Positions 33,511 through 44,843 of a DNA stretch of 64,000 nt are shown here, in pieces; the stretch's first letter is position 1, and every line of letters begins with the position of its first letter. The position numbers were made by a program, and so were the translations under genes. Origin of the DNA: Heptranchias perlo. Taxonomy: Eukaryota. The notes under the pieces were generated by a model. The model did not search any database. It was not told where the DNA came from and saw nothing but the letters and a program-made list of their open reading frames with translations. The stretch is taken from positions 62,001 to 126,000 of the forward strand of contig NW_027139637.1 in the NCBI RefSeq assembly GCF_035084215.1, written 5' to 3'.

Positions 33511-36284
33511 GGCCGGAGAGATGGGGCGGGGGGGTGGTGGCTGACCCTTAAATCCATCTACGCTATCTGCCTCGACCACTGGGGAGCGAGTTGCAAATTC
33601 TCACCGCTCTCTGGGTGAAGAAGTTTCTCCTGAATTCCCCGATTGGATTTTTTTTTGTTGCGGGACTCTGGAGACATTCTCAGGGAGACAGGAACCCGTC
33701 GGAGAGAGGAGGGAAACTCTCTCAGCTCTGCTCGGGGATGGTTGACTGACCCCCTCGCACTGCGTCGCTGCACAGAACCGAAAACACTTTGCGCCCTCTC
33801 TTTTAACGCCTGCGGTTTGGAGTGGAGAGCGGCGGGATTAAATTATCGCCGTTTCCAGCGAACGTTCCCCGCAGACGCCAGCCCGCCCGCGCCCCCTCTC
33901 AGCCCTCCCGTCCTGGCAGCCACTTTCTCACAAGGATTTATTTTTAGCCGTGTCGCAACTGCGCCTTTAAGAGGCGGAAAACGTCCAGAAGTGTCAGCCA
34001 CCGCCCTGACGCGATGGGTCTGTGATTCTCCCCCCCCCCACACGGTGATGGGACGGGGGGGTCTGTGTCTGTGATTCTCCCCCACCCCACACGGTGATGG
34101 GACGGGGGGTCTGTGTCTGTGATTCTCCCCCACACACGGTGATGGGACGTGAGAGAGAGAGAGGGAGAGGGAGTGTGGGAGAAAGGGGGAGAGTGGGGAG
34201 AGGGAGAGAGAGAGTGGGGAGAGAAGGGAGAGGGGGGAAGAGAGAGGGAGTGAGGGAGAGAGAAGGAGAGAGAGAGAGAGAGAGGAGAGAAAGAGAGGGG
34301 AGAGAGTGGGGGTGAGGGAGAGAGAGGGAGAGAGAGTGGCAAAAAGTGGGAGAGGNNNNNNNNNNNNNNNNNNNNNNNNNNNNNNNNNNNNNNNNNNNNN
34401 NNNNNNNNNNNNNNNNNNNNNNNNNNNNNNNNNNNNNNNNNNNNNNNNNNNNNNNNNNNNNNNNNNNNNNNNNNNNNNNNNNNNNNNNNNNNNNNNNNNN
34501 NNNNNNNNNNNNNNNNNNNNNNNNNNNNNNNNNNNNNNNNNNNNNNNNNNNNNNNNNNNNNNNNNNNNNNNNNNNNNNNNNNNNNNNNNNNNNNNNNNNN
34601 NNNNNNNNNNNNNNNNNNNNNNNNNNNNNNNNNNNNNNNNNNNNNNNNNNNNNNNNNNNNNNNNNNNNNNNNNNNNNNNNNNNNNNNNNNNNNNNNNNNN
34701 NNNNNNNNNNNNNNNNNNNNNNNNNNNNNNNNNNNNNNNNNNNNNNNNNNNNNNNNNNNNNNNNNNNNNNNNNNNNNNNNNNNNNNNNNNNNNGGTGAGG
34801 GAGAGAGGGAGAGAGAGTGGCAAAAAGNNNNNNNNNNNNNNNNNNNNNNNNNNNNNNNNNNNNNNNNNNNNNNNNNNNNNNNNNNNNNNNNNNNNNNNNN
34901 NNNNNNNNNNNNNNNNNNNNNNNNNNNNNNNNNNNNNNNNNNNNNNNNNNNNNNNNNNNNNNNNNNNNNNNNNNNNNNNNNNNNNNNNNNNNNNNNNNNN
35001 NNNNNNNNNNNNNNNNNNNNNNNNNNNNNNNNNNNNNNNNNNNNNNNNNNNNNNNNNNNNNNNNNNNNNNNNNNNNNNNNNNNNNNNNNNNNNNNNNNNN
35101 NNNNNNNNNNNNNNNNNNNNNNNNNNNNNNNNNNNNNNNNNNNNNNNNNNNNNNNNNNNNNNNNNNNNNNNNNNNNNNNNNNNNNNNNNNNNNNNNNNNN
35201 NNNNNNNNNNNNNNNNNNNNNNNNNNNNNNNNNNNNNNNNNNNNNNNNNNNNNNNNNNNNNNNNNNNNNNNNNNNNNNNNNNNNNNNNNNNNNNNNNNNN
35301 NNNNNNNNNNNNNNNNNNNNNNNNNNNNNNNNNNNNNNNNNNNNNNNNNNNNNNNNNNNNNNNNNNNNNNNNNNNNNNNNNNNNNNNNNNNNNNNNNNNN
35401 NNNNNNNNNNNNNNNNNNNNNNNNNNNNNNNNNNNNNNNNNNNNNNNNNNNNNNNNNNNNNNNNNNNNNNNGGTGAGGGAGAGAGAGGGAGAGAGAGTGG
35501 CAAAAAGTGGGAGAGGGGGGACGAGAGGGGGGNNNNNNNNNNNNNNNNNNNNNNNNNNNNNNNNNNNNNNNNNNNNNNNNNNNNNNNNNNNNNNNNNNNN
35601 NNNNNNNNNNNNNNNNNNNNNNNNNNNNNNNNNNNNNNNNNNNNNNNNNNNNNNNNNNNNNNNNNNNAGAGGGGGTTTGACGTTTACTTTCCCTGCTGTC
35701 TCTGTGTGCGGCGGGGTGGTAAACACTGCGGGCCTCCCCTCCTCTCTCTCCCCCCCCCGTGAAACCCCGCTCCCCCCTCCCCGACAGAGGAGGGGGGCCG
35801 CAAACGAGGCCCCCTGGAGAGGGGGCGGGGGGTTAAAGGTCACCGCCAACTTGCGCCTTCGGGGAGGGGGGGCGGATGTTTGCTGTCTGATCTCCCCCCG
35901 GCCGTCTCCCCGTCTCCCCGTCTCCCCCCGTCTCCCCGGTACAAACCTGTCTGGTTGCTCACCCCCCTCCTCAGCTAAGGGCAGGCCGCAGTCCCCGCTC
36001 CCTCTCTCTCCATCCCACCGCCTAGGCCCGAAAAAGCCTCCCGAGCGGTTAGAGCTCCCCCTCATGGCTGGCTCGTTAACAGCTCAGGGCGAAAGAGAAG
36101 TCGGTTTATTCGCGTGCGCGGAGGAGGAGGGAGGGGGAGGGGGGAGGGGGGGGCGGGGGGGAAGAGCCGATATTTCGCACAGCAAGATCCCGCGAGCAGC
36201 CGACCCGACGAGCCACCAGCTGGTCGTCAAGGCTCCCCGCCGCGGGGCTGACGCATCGCTCGCGCCCCCCCCCCCTCCCCCGCC

Positions 36285-37380
36285 TTGGCTCGGCGGGGCC
36301 TCGCTCCCTCCCCTCGGAGACGGAAGGTCGAGGGTTCGAGCCCCCGCCCCCTCCCCTCACTCCAGAGACTCGAGCCCCGTAATCCAGGCCCCGACTCTCC
36401 CCCCGCCGCTCACCGAGGGAGCGCCGCGCTGTCGGGGGGCCGGTGCCGAGGGAGCGCCGCGCTGTCGGAGGGCCGGTGCCGAGGGAGCGCCGCGCTGTCG
36501 GAGGGTCGGTGCCGAGGGAGCGCCGCGCTGTCGGAGGGTCGGTGCCGAGGGAGCGCCGCGCTGTCGGAGGGTCGGTGCCGAGGGAGCGCCGCGCTGTCGG
36601 AGGGTCGGTACCGAGGGAGCGCCGCGCTGTCGGAGGGTCGGTACCGAGGGAGCGCCACGCTGTGGGAGGGTCGGTACTGAGGGAGCGCCGCACTGTCGGA
36701 GGGTCGGTACTGAGGGAGCGCCGCACTGTCGGAGGGTCGGTACTGAGGGAGCGCCGCGCTGTCGGAGGGTCGGTGCCGAGGGAGCGCCGCGCTGTCGGAG
36801 GGTCGGTGCCGAGGGAGCGCCGCGCTGTCGGAGGGTCGGTACTGAGGGAGCGCCGCGCTGTCGGAGGGTCGGTACTGAGGGAGCGCCGCGCTGTGGGAGG
36901 GTCGGTACTGAGGGAGCGCCGCACTGTCGGAGGGTCGGTACTGAGGGAGCGCCGCGCTGTCGGAGGGTCGGTACTGAGGGAGCGCCGCGCTGTCGGAGGG
37001 GCAGTACTGAGGGAGCGCCGCACTGTCGGAGGGTCGGTACTGAGGGAGCGCCGCGCTGTCGGAGGTCGGTACTGAGGGAGCGCCGCACTGTCGGAGGGTC
37101 GGTACTGAGGGAGCGCCGCGCTGTCGGAGGGTCGGTACTGAGGGAGCGCCGCGCTGTCGGAGGGGCAGTACTGAGGGATGAGACGTTTAAACCGAGGACC
37201 CCCGTCCGGCCTCTCAGGTGGGACGTAAAAGATCCTCAGTACTGACCCTCCGACAGTGCGGCGCTCCCTCAGCACTGGTACCGGGGGAGTGTCGGGGCCT
37301 GGATTACGGGGCTCGAGTCTCGGGAATGTGGGCTCGAACCCCCGACCTTCTGACTCCGAGGGGGGAGACAGTGAGACCCC
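36285..37380 (+). mobile_element. Deu-SINE with ~23x 33-bp expansion, joined to an inverted SINE head
   Basis: Head at 36285-36410, array at 36412-37178, inverted head at 37238-37380. Confidence 0.85.
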
Positions 37381-37549
37381 CACTGGGACACGGCCGAGAC
37401 GCGGGCAGACGGTCTCGGCCTTCTCCGGTGGCAGCCTCCTGTCTGGGGTTGTGGCCGACCTTCCCCCCTGCAAGAAAGAAGTGAGAGTCTTGTGAGGCGT
37501 CCGGAGAGTGTGGCTGCCATGGCGGAATAGCTGCTCTGCAAAAGCGAGG

Positions 37550-37970
37550 GTTACATCGAATTTACAGCAGAGAAACAGGCCATTCGGCCCAACTGGTCTA
37601 TCCCGGTGTTTATGCTCCACACGAGCCTCCTCCCTCCCGACTCCATCTCACCCTATCACCCTCTCCTTCGATTCCTTTCTCCCTCATGTGTTTATCGAGC
37701 TTCCCCTTAAATCCATCGATTCTATTCCCCTCGACCACTCCCTGTGGGAGCGAGTTCCACATTCTCACCGCTCTCTGGGTAAAGAAGTTTCTCCTGAATT
37801 CCCCGATTGGATTTATTAGTGACTCTCTTATATTGATGGCCCCCTCGTTCTGGTCTCCCCCTCAAGTAGAGACATCTTCTCTACGTCTACCCTATCGAAA
37901 CCCCTTCGTAATTTTAAAGACCTCGATCAGGTCACCCCTCGGCCTTCTCTTTTTTTCGAGAGATAAGAGC
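37550..37970 (-). mobile_element. CR1 LINE 3' fragment
   Basis: Same family as 14795-15122 and 50355-50745. Confidence 0.75.
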
Positions 37971-38154
37971 CCCTTCTCGAGAAGGCCAGAGGGTTGTCAG
38001 GTGCCGTGTCGGAAGCTGCTCCCCGAGCTTGTGTTGAGCTTCGAAGGCCGAGGATGGAGCAGCCAGAGTGGGACCGAGAGTTAACGTGGGAAACGAGAGT
38101 GGGGTTCCCAATCTTCCCAGAATGACCGGGAGTTTCCCCGAATCGGGGGTCTTG

Positions 38155-38757
38155 GAAATCAGGGGGGGGGCTCTGAAATCAGGGGGTCTCGGAAATCAGG
38201 GGGGCTCTGAAATCGGGGGGGCTCTGAAATCAGGGGGGCTCTGAAATCGGGGGGGCTCTGAAATCGGGGGGGCTCTGAAATCAGGGGGGCTCTGAAATTG
38301 GGGGGGCTCTGAAATCGGGGGGGGCTCTGAAATCGGGGGGGCTCTGAAATCGGGGGGCTCTGAAATCGGGGGGGCTCTGAAATCGGGGAGGCTCTGAAAT
38401 CGGGGGGGCTCTGAAATCGGGGGGGCTCTGAAATCGGGGGGGCTCTGAAATCGGGGGGGCTCTGAAATCGGGGGGGCTCTGAAATCGGGGGGTCTCTGAA
38501 ATCAGGGGGGCTCTGAAATCGGGGGAAGCTCTGAAATCGGGGGAAGCTCTGAAATCAGGGGGTCTCGGAAATCAGGGGGCTCTGAAATCAGGGGGGTCTC
38601 TGAAATCAGGGGGGTCTCTGAAATCAGGGGGGTCTCTGAAATCAGGGGGGTCTCTGAAATCAGGGGGGTCTCTGAAATCAGGGGGTCTCTGAAATCAGGG
38701 GGGTCTCTGAAATCAGGGGGGTCTCTGAAATCAGGGGAGGCTCTGAAATCAGGGGGC
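38155..38757. repeat. ~18-bp minisatellite (CTCTGAAATCRGGGGGG)
   Basis: About 33 tandem copies. Confidence 0.92.
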
Positions 38758-38789
38758 GCTCGAGAGTTGGGGAGAGAGGAAGACTGGAG

Positions 38790-40714
38790 AATGGGAGCTG
38801 GACTGGAGGGAGGGAGACTGGGGGAAAAGGGACTCGGGGAGGGGGGAGATTGGGGAATGGGGGCTGAGGGGGAGGGATGGAGATTGGGGAATGGGGGCTG
38901 AGGGGGAGGGACGGAGACTGGGGAAAAGGGACTCGGGGAGGGAGGGAGATTGGGGAATGGGGGCTGAGGGGGAGGGATGGAGACTGGGGAAAAGGGACTC
39001 GGGGTGGGGGTAGATTGGGGAATGGGGGCTGGGGGAAGGGAAGGAGACTGGGGAAAAGGGGCTTGGGGAGGGGGGAGATTGGGGAATGGGGGCTGGGGGG
39101 AGGGGGGAGATTGGGGAATGGGGGCTGGGGGGAGGGGGGAGATTGGGGAATGGGGGCTGGGGGAAGGGATGGAGATTGGGGAAAAGGGACTTGGTGAGGG
39201 AGGGGATTGGGGAATGGGGGCTGAGGGGGAGGGATGGAGACTGGGGAAAAGGGACTCGGGAGGGGGAGAGATTGGGGAATGGGGGCTGAGGGGGAGGGAT
39301 GGAGACTGGGGAAAAGGGACTCGGGGAGGGAGGGAGATTGGGGAATGGGGGCTGAGGGGGAGGGATGGAGACTGGGGAAAAGGGTCTTGGGGAGGGAGGG
39401 GAGATTGGGGAATGGGGGCTGAAGGAGAGGGATGGAGACTGGGGAAAAGGGACTTAGGGAGGGAGGGGAGATTGGGGAATGGGGGCTGAAGGAGAGGGAT
39501 GGAGACTGGGGGAAAGGGACTCGGGGTGGGGGTAGATTGGGGAATGGGGGCTGGGGGAAGGGAAGGAGACTGGGGAAAAGGGGCTTGGGGAGGGGGGAGA
39601 TTGGGGAATGGGGGCTGGGGGAAGGGACGGAGACTGGGGAAAAGGGGCTTGGGGAGGGGGGAGATTGGGGAATGGGGGCTGGGGGGAGGGGGGAGATTGG
39701 GGAATGGGGGCTGGGGGAAGGGATGGAGATTGGGGAAAAGGGACTTGGGGAGGGAGGGGATTGGGGAATGGGGGCTGAGGGGGAGGGATGGAGACTGGGG
39801 AAAAGGGACTCAGGGAGGGAGATTGGGGAATGGGGGCTGAGGGGGAGGGATGGAGACTGGGGAAAAGGGACTTGGGGAGGGAGGGGAGATTGGGGAATGG
39901 GGGCTGGGGGAAGGGATGGAGACCGGGGAAAAGGGACTCGGGGAGGGGGTAGATTGGGGAATGGGGGCTGAGGGGGAGGGATGGAGACTGGTGAAAAGGG
40001 ACTCGGGAGGGGGAGAGATTGGGGAATGGGGGCTGAGGGGGAGGGATGGAGACTGGGGAAAAGGGACTTGGGGAGGGAGGGGAGATTGGGGAATGGGGGC
40101 TGAAGGAGAGGGATGGAGACTGGGGAAAAGGGACTTGGGGAGGGAGGGGAGATTGGGGAATGGGGGCTGAAGGAGAGGGACGGAGACTGGGGGAAAGGGA
40201 CTCGGGGAGGGGGGGATTGGGGAATGGGGGCTGGGGGAAGGGACGGAGACTGGGGAAAAGGGACTCGGGGAGGGAGGGAGATTGGGGAATGGGGGCTGAG
40301 GGGGGGGAGGGAGACTGGGGAAAAGGGACTCGGGGAGGGGCGTAGATTTGGGAATGGGGGCTGGGGGAAGGGACGGAGACTGGGGGAAAGGGACTCGGGG
40401 AGGGGGGGATTGGGGAATGGGGGCTGGGGGAAGGGACGGAGACTGGGGAAAAGGGACTCGGGGAGGGGGGGATTGGGGAATGGGGGCTGGGGGAAGGGAC
40501 GGAGACTGGGGAAAAGGGACTCGGGGAGGGGGGGATTGGGGAATGGGGGCTGGGGGAAGGGACGGAGACTGGGGAAAAGGGACTCGGGGAGGGGGGAGAT
40601 TGGGGAATGGGGGCTGAGGGGGGGGAGGGATGGAGACTGGGGAAAAGGGACTCGGGGTGGGGGGTAGATTGGGGAATGGGGGCTGGGGGAAGGGACGGAG
40701 ACTGGGGAAGGGGG
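38790..40714. repeat. G-rich ~62-bp minisatellite (GGAGACTGGGGAAAAGGGACTCGGGGAGGGGGGAGATTGGGGAATGGGGGCTG...)
   Basis: About 30 imperfect tandem copies. Confidence 0.92.
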
Positions 40715-41186
40715 AGCTTGTGATTCAGGCGTCACGTGGTCAGAACGCCACCTGATCGAACCTCTGGGAAGGCCTTCCAACTAAAGTTGGCAACGCTAAG
40801 CAGCCGGGAGCACGGGGACAGAAGCGGTAAGCAAAGGGCGGCCATAACGGCGGGCGTGTCGAGTGACGTGAGGGAGGGGGGGGGGGGGCGTGACGTGTTT
40901 ACATAGGGAATTCCCTTTACAAACGTGGGCGCAGGAATTCACAATGGGGAGACAGTCGACCCGGAAAAAAAACACGACAGCAGGAACAGGGCGCCGGGAG
41001 TGGGAAGAAATATGGTTTCCAATAAATCACAGATTGAGGTATTTGGGGTCATTTTGGTTTTGGGTGTGAGGCTGGTGAGGAAAGCAGTCAATCAAGGCAA
41101 GATGTGGAGATGCCGGTGATGGACTGGGGTTGACAATTGTAAACAATTTTACAACACCAAGTTATAGTCCAGCAATTTTATTTTAA

Positions 41187-41227
41187 ATTCACAAGCTTTC
41201 GGAGGCTTCCTCCTTCCTCAGGTAAAT
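41187..41227 (-). ncRNA. Minimal hammerhead ribozyme motif (left pLTR)
   Basis: Exact reverse complement of the 41945-41985 motif. Confidence 0.65.
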
Positions 41228-41944
41228 GTTCAGGAGCTCCTTGAAGCCTACGCATTTATACATATAGAACAATACATGGTGTTTACAGAATGCCCCTGCA
41301 ACTGCCCGTTGCCAAGGCAATCACCGTGTTCAGACAGAGAGGTGTCACCTGCAGAACCCCCGAATACACATTCAACAAAAAAACAAACAGGAAAAAAAAA
41401 GAGAGGCAGAAACATCCGGAAGGCAGAGAAAGCCAGCAAATGACCCATTATATGATGAACGGACACCGCGCAACAATCGCCAAACAGGAGGGTTCCCTCC
41501 CAGTCGGGGAACACTTCAGCAGTCATGGACATTCATCCACCGACCTTCGGGTCAGCGTACTCCAAGGCGGCCTTCGAGACACACGACAACGCAAAATCGT
41601 CGAGCAGAAATTGATAGCCAAGTTCCGCACCCATGAGGACGGCCTCAACCGGGATCTTGGGTTCATGTCACGCTACACGTTACCCCACCAGCGAACAAAT
41701 GTTATCTGTTTTTAATATAATGGGTCATTTGCTGGCTTTCTCTGCCTTCCGGATGTTTCTGCCTCTCTCTGTTTTTTTTTCCTGTTTGTTTTTTTGTTGA
41801 ATGTGTATTCGGGGGTTCTGTAGGTGACACCTCTCTGTCTGAACACGGTGATTGCCTTGGCAACGGGCAGTTGCAGGGGCAGTCTGTAATCACCATGTAT
41901 TGTTCTATATGTATAAATGCGTAGGCTTCGAGGAGCTCCTGAAC

Positions 41945-41985
41945 ATTTACCTGAGGAAGGAGGAAGCCTCCGAAAGCTTGTGAAT
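41945..41985 (+). ncRNA. Minimal hammerhead ribozyme motif (right pLTR)
   Basis: ATTTAC CTGAGGA A GGAGG AAG CCTCC GAAA GCTT GTGAAT; stem I ATTTAC/GTGAAT, stem II GGAGG/CCTCC. Confidence 0.7.
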
Positions 41986-42059
41986 TTAAAATAAAATTGC
42001 TGGACTATAACTTGGTGTTGTAAAATCAAGGCAAGGAATGGGGGGGGGGGCGGGGAACA

Positions 42060-42416
42060 GGGGCCTTGTGGGAATTGTAGTTCCCGCCCTGAGCGGCGGC
42101 CATGCTGGAACCACAGCGAGGCCCCGCCGGCGGACTACATCTCCCGGCGGGCAGCGCGGCGTCGCCCTGCGCGCCGCGGCGCGCTTCGATCGCGTCACGG
42201 CCACCCCCGCGCCCACACCTCCGACCGCGGCGCTTTGTGGGGGATGTAGTCCGCGTCACCCGGGACCTCACATCCGCCTGAACGGGGCGGGCGGGCCGCC
42301 GGGAACTACAAATCCCAGGTGGCAGCGCGCGGGGGGTGGGCGCCGCGCCTGCGCAGTGGGGATCCGCCGAGGGGGGCCACCCTTGTTGACTGGTTGGAGG
42401 CTCCTCTTCTCACCGT
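42060..42416 (+). promoter_or_regulatory. RBSN-like CpG promoter (4x ZNF143/THAP11 ACTACA-TCCC motifs, NRF1) and putative non-coding exon 1
   Basis: Motifs at 42069-42083 (-), 42132-42148 (+), 42238-42252 (-) and 42303-42318 (+); GCGCCTGCGCA at 42345-42355; GTGAGT donor at 42417. Confidence 0.7.
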
Positions 42417-42861
42417 GTGAGTAAACTTTCGCGCAAATAAGCAAATGGCGGGGTTTTAAACCTGCTGCGTTCGGTCCAAAAGAGCGAGGAGGTTTGCCAA
42501 CGGCGAGTTTTTAAAACGAGACGAATGTGACACGAGAAAAGCCCAGCTGTGCCACTGCCCTGCACTGGCATGTTGCCATGGTTACCATTTGCCCCCCTCC
42601 CCCCTCCCCCCTCCTCCCTCCCTCCCTCCACCCCCCCTCCCTCCCCCCGCCTTGGCAGACCGCGCCGTCTGCGTCTGGGGGTTCGCCCGCCCGCCGTTGC
42701 CGGGGGGAGAGAGAGAGAGACGGTGGCTGCCCGCGCCCGACGCTGGGCGCGCAGGCTCGTTTCCTGCCCGACGCTCTGAATTCATCCCCCCGCCCCCCCC
42801 CCCCCCCCTCGGGCGGGACCCCGGGCACCGCCGCCCGCCGATGACAGACCCGTGCCCGCCG

Positions 42862-44632
42862 GTACTGTACCCCAGTGTTATACAGTGACAGACCTGGACC
42901 CACCAGTACTGTACCCCAGTGTTATACAGTGACAGACCTGGACCCCCCAGTACTGTACCCCAGTGTTATACAGGGACAGACCCGGACCCACCAGTACTGT
43001 ACCCCAGTGTTATACAGTGACAGACCTGGACCCACCAGTACTGTACCCCAGTGTTATACAGTGAGAGACCTGGACCCACCAGTACTGTACCCCAGTGTTA
43101 TACAGTGAGAGACCTGGACCCACCAGTACTGTACCCCAGTGTTATACAGAGAGAGACCTGGACCCACCAGTACTGTCCCCCAGTGTTATACAGTGAGAGA
43201 CCTGTACCCCCCAGTACTGTACCCCAGTGTTATACAGAGACAGACCCGGACCCACCAGTACTGTACCCCAGTGTTATACAGTGACAGACCTGGACCCCCC
43301 AGTACTGTACCCCAGTGTTATACAGTGACAGACCCGGACCCACCAGTACTGTACCCCAGTGTTATACAGTGACAGACCTGGACCCACCAGTACTGTACCC
43401 CAGTGTTATACAGTGACAGACCTGGACCCACCAGTACTGTACCCCAGTGTTATACAGTGACAGACCCGGACCCCCCAGTACTGTACCCCAGTGTTATACA
43501 GTGAGAGACCTGGACCCACCAGTACTGTACCCCAGTGTTATACAGGGACAGACCCGGACCCCCCAGTACTGTACCCCAGTGTTATACAGAGACAGACCTG
43601 GACCCCCCAGTACTGTACCCCAGTGTTATACAGTGACAGACCCGGACCCACCAGTACTGTACCCCAGTGTTATACAGTGACAGACCTGGACCCACCAGTA
43701 CTGTACCCCAGTGTTATACAGAGACAGACCCGGACCCACCAGTACTGTACCCCAGTGTTATACAGTGACAGACCCGGACCCACCAGTACTGTACCCCAGT
43801 GTTATACAGTGACAGACCTGGACCCACCAGTACTGTACCCCAGTGTTATACAGTGACAGACCCGGACCCACCAGTACTGTACCCCAGTGTTATACAGTGA
43901 CAGACCTGGACCCACCAGTACTGTACCCCAGTGTAATACAGTGACAGACCCGGACCCACCAGTACTGTACCCCAGTGTTATACAGTGAGAGACCTGGACC
44001 CACCAGTACTGTACCCTAGTGTTATACAGTGAGAGACCTGGACCCACCAGTACTGTACCCCAGTGTTATACAGTGACAGACCTGGACCCACCAGTACTGT
44101 ACCCCAGTGTTATACAGTGACAGACCTGGACCCACCAGTACTGTACCCCAGTGTTATACAGTGAGAGACCTGGACCCACCAGTACTGTACCCCAGTGTTA
44201 TACAGTGAGAGACCTGGACCCCCCAGTACTGTACCCCAGTGTTATACAGTGACAGACCCGGACCCACCAGTACTGTACCCCAGTGTAATACAGTGAGAGA
44301 CCTGGACCCACCAGTACTGTACCCCAGTGTAATACAGTGAGAGACCTGGACCCACCAGTACTGTACCCCAGTGTTATACAGTGAGAGACCTGGACCCACC
44401 AGTACTGTACCCCAGTGTTATACAGTGACAGACCCGGACCCCCCAGTACTGTACCCCAGTGTTATACAGAGACAGACCCGGACCCCCCAGTACTGTACCC
44501 CAGTGTAATACAGTGAGAGACCTGGACCCACCAGTACTGTACCCCAGTGTAATACAGTGACAGACCCGGACCCACCAGTACTGTACCCCAGTGTTATACA
44601 GAGACAGACCCGGACCCACCAGTACTGTACCC
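42862..44632. repeat. 44-bp minisatellite (CCAGTACTGTACCCCAGTGTTATACAGTGACAGACCTGGACCCA)
   Basis: About 40 tandem copies ending about 25 nt before the 44658 acceptor. Confidence 0.95.
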
Positions 44633-44843
44633 GCTGATGATTGCATTGTACCCACAGGCTGCGACACTTGGAGCCGAGCTGATTCCCTGATCCCGGCGGG
44701 CGGGTCGGTCACGGATTCCCGGGGGCAAGGGTGGGCCATGCTGCCCCGGGAACGTGCCTGCGGGAACGGCGCCAGGACGGGAGTGCTGCCAGGAGAGTGG
44801 GCGCGTGTCGGCTGCTGAGGGCTTGGCTCAGAGGGAAGGGAGG

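Larger units (their letters stand above)
41101..42025 (+). mobile_element. 5'-truncated Penelope-like retroelement: GIY-YIG endonuclease C-terminus between inverted pLTRs
   Basis: Peptide MNGHRATIAKQEGSLPVGEHFSSHGHS...EQKLIAKFRTHEDGLNRD at 41453-41715; arms 41101-41452 and 41716-42025 are inverted; TSD AATCAAGGCAAG at 41090-41101 and 42024-42035. Confidence 0.88.

Noticed and set aside
33843-37245. 740- and 979-aa ORFs
   Set aside because: They span N gaps and repeats; artefacts.
38678-40780. 700-aa Pro/Ser-rich extensin-like ORF
   Set aside because: Antisense translation of a G-rich minisatellite.
44635-44684. C/D box snoRNA (TGATGA...CTGA)
   Set aside because: Too short, overlaps the exon acceptor, and has no terminal stem.
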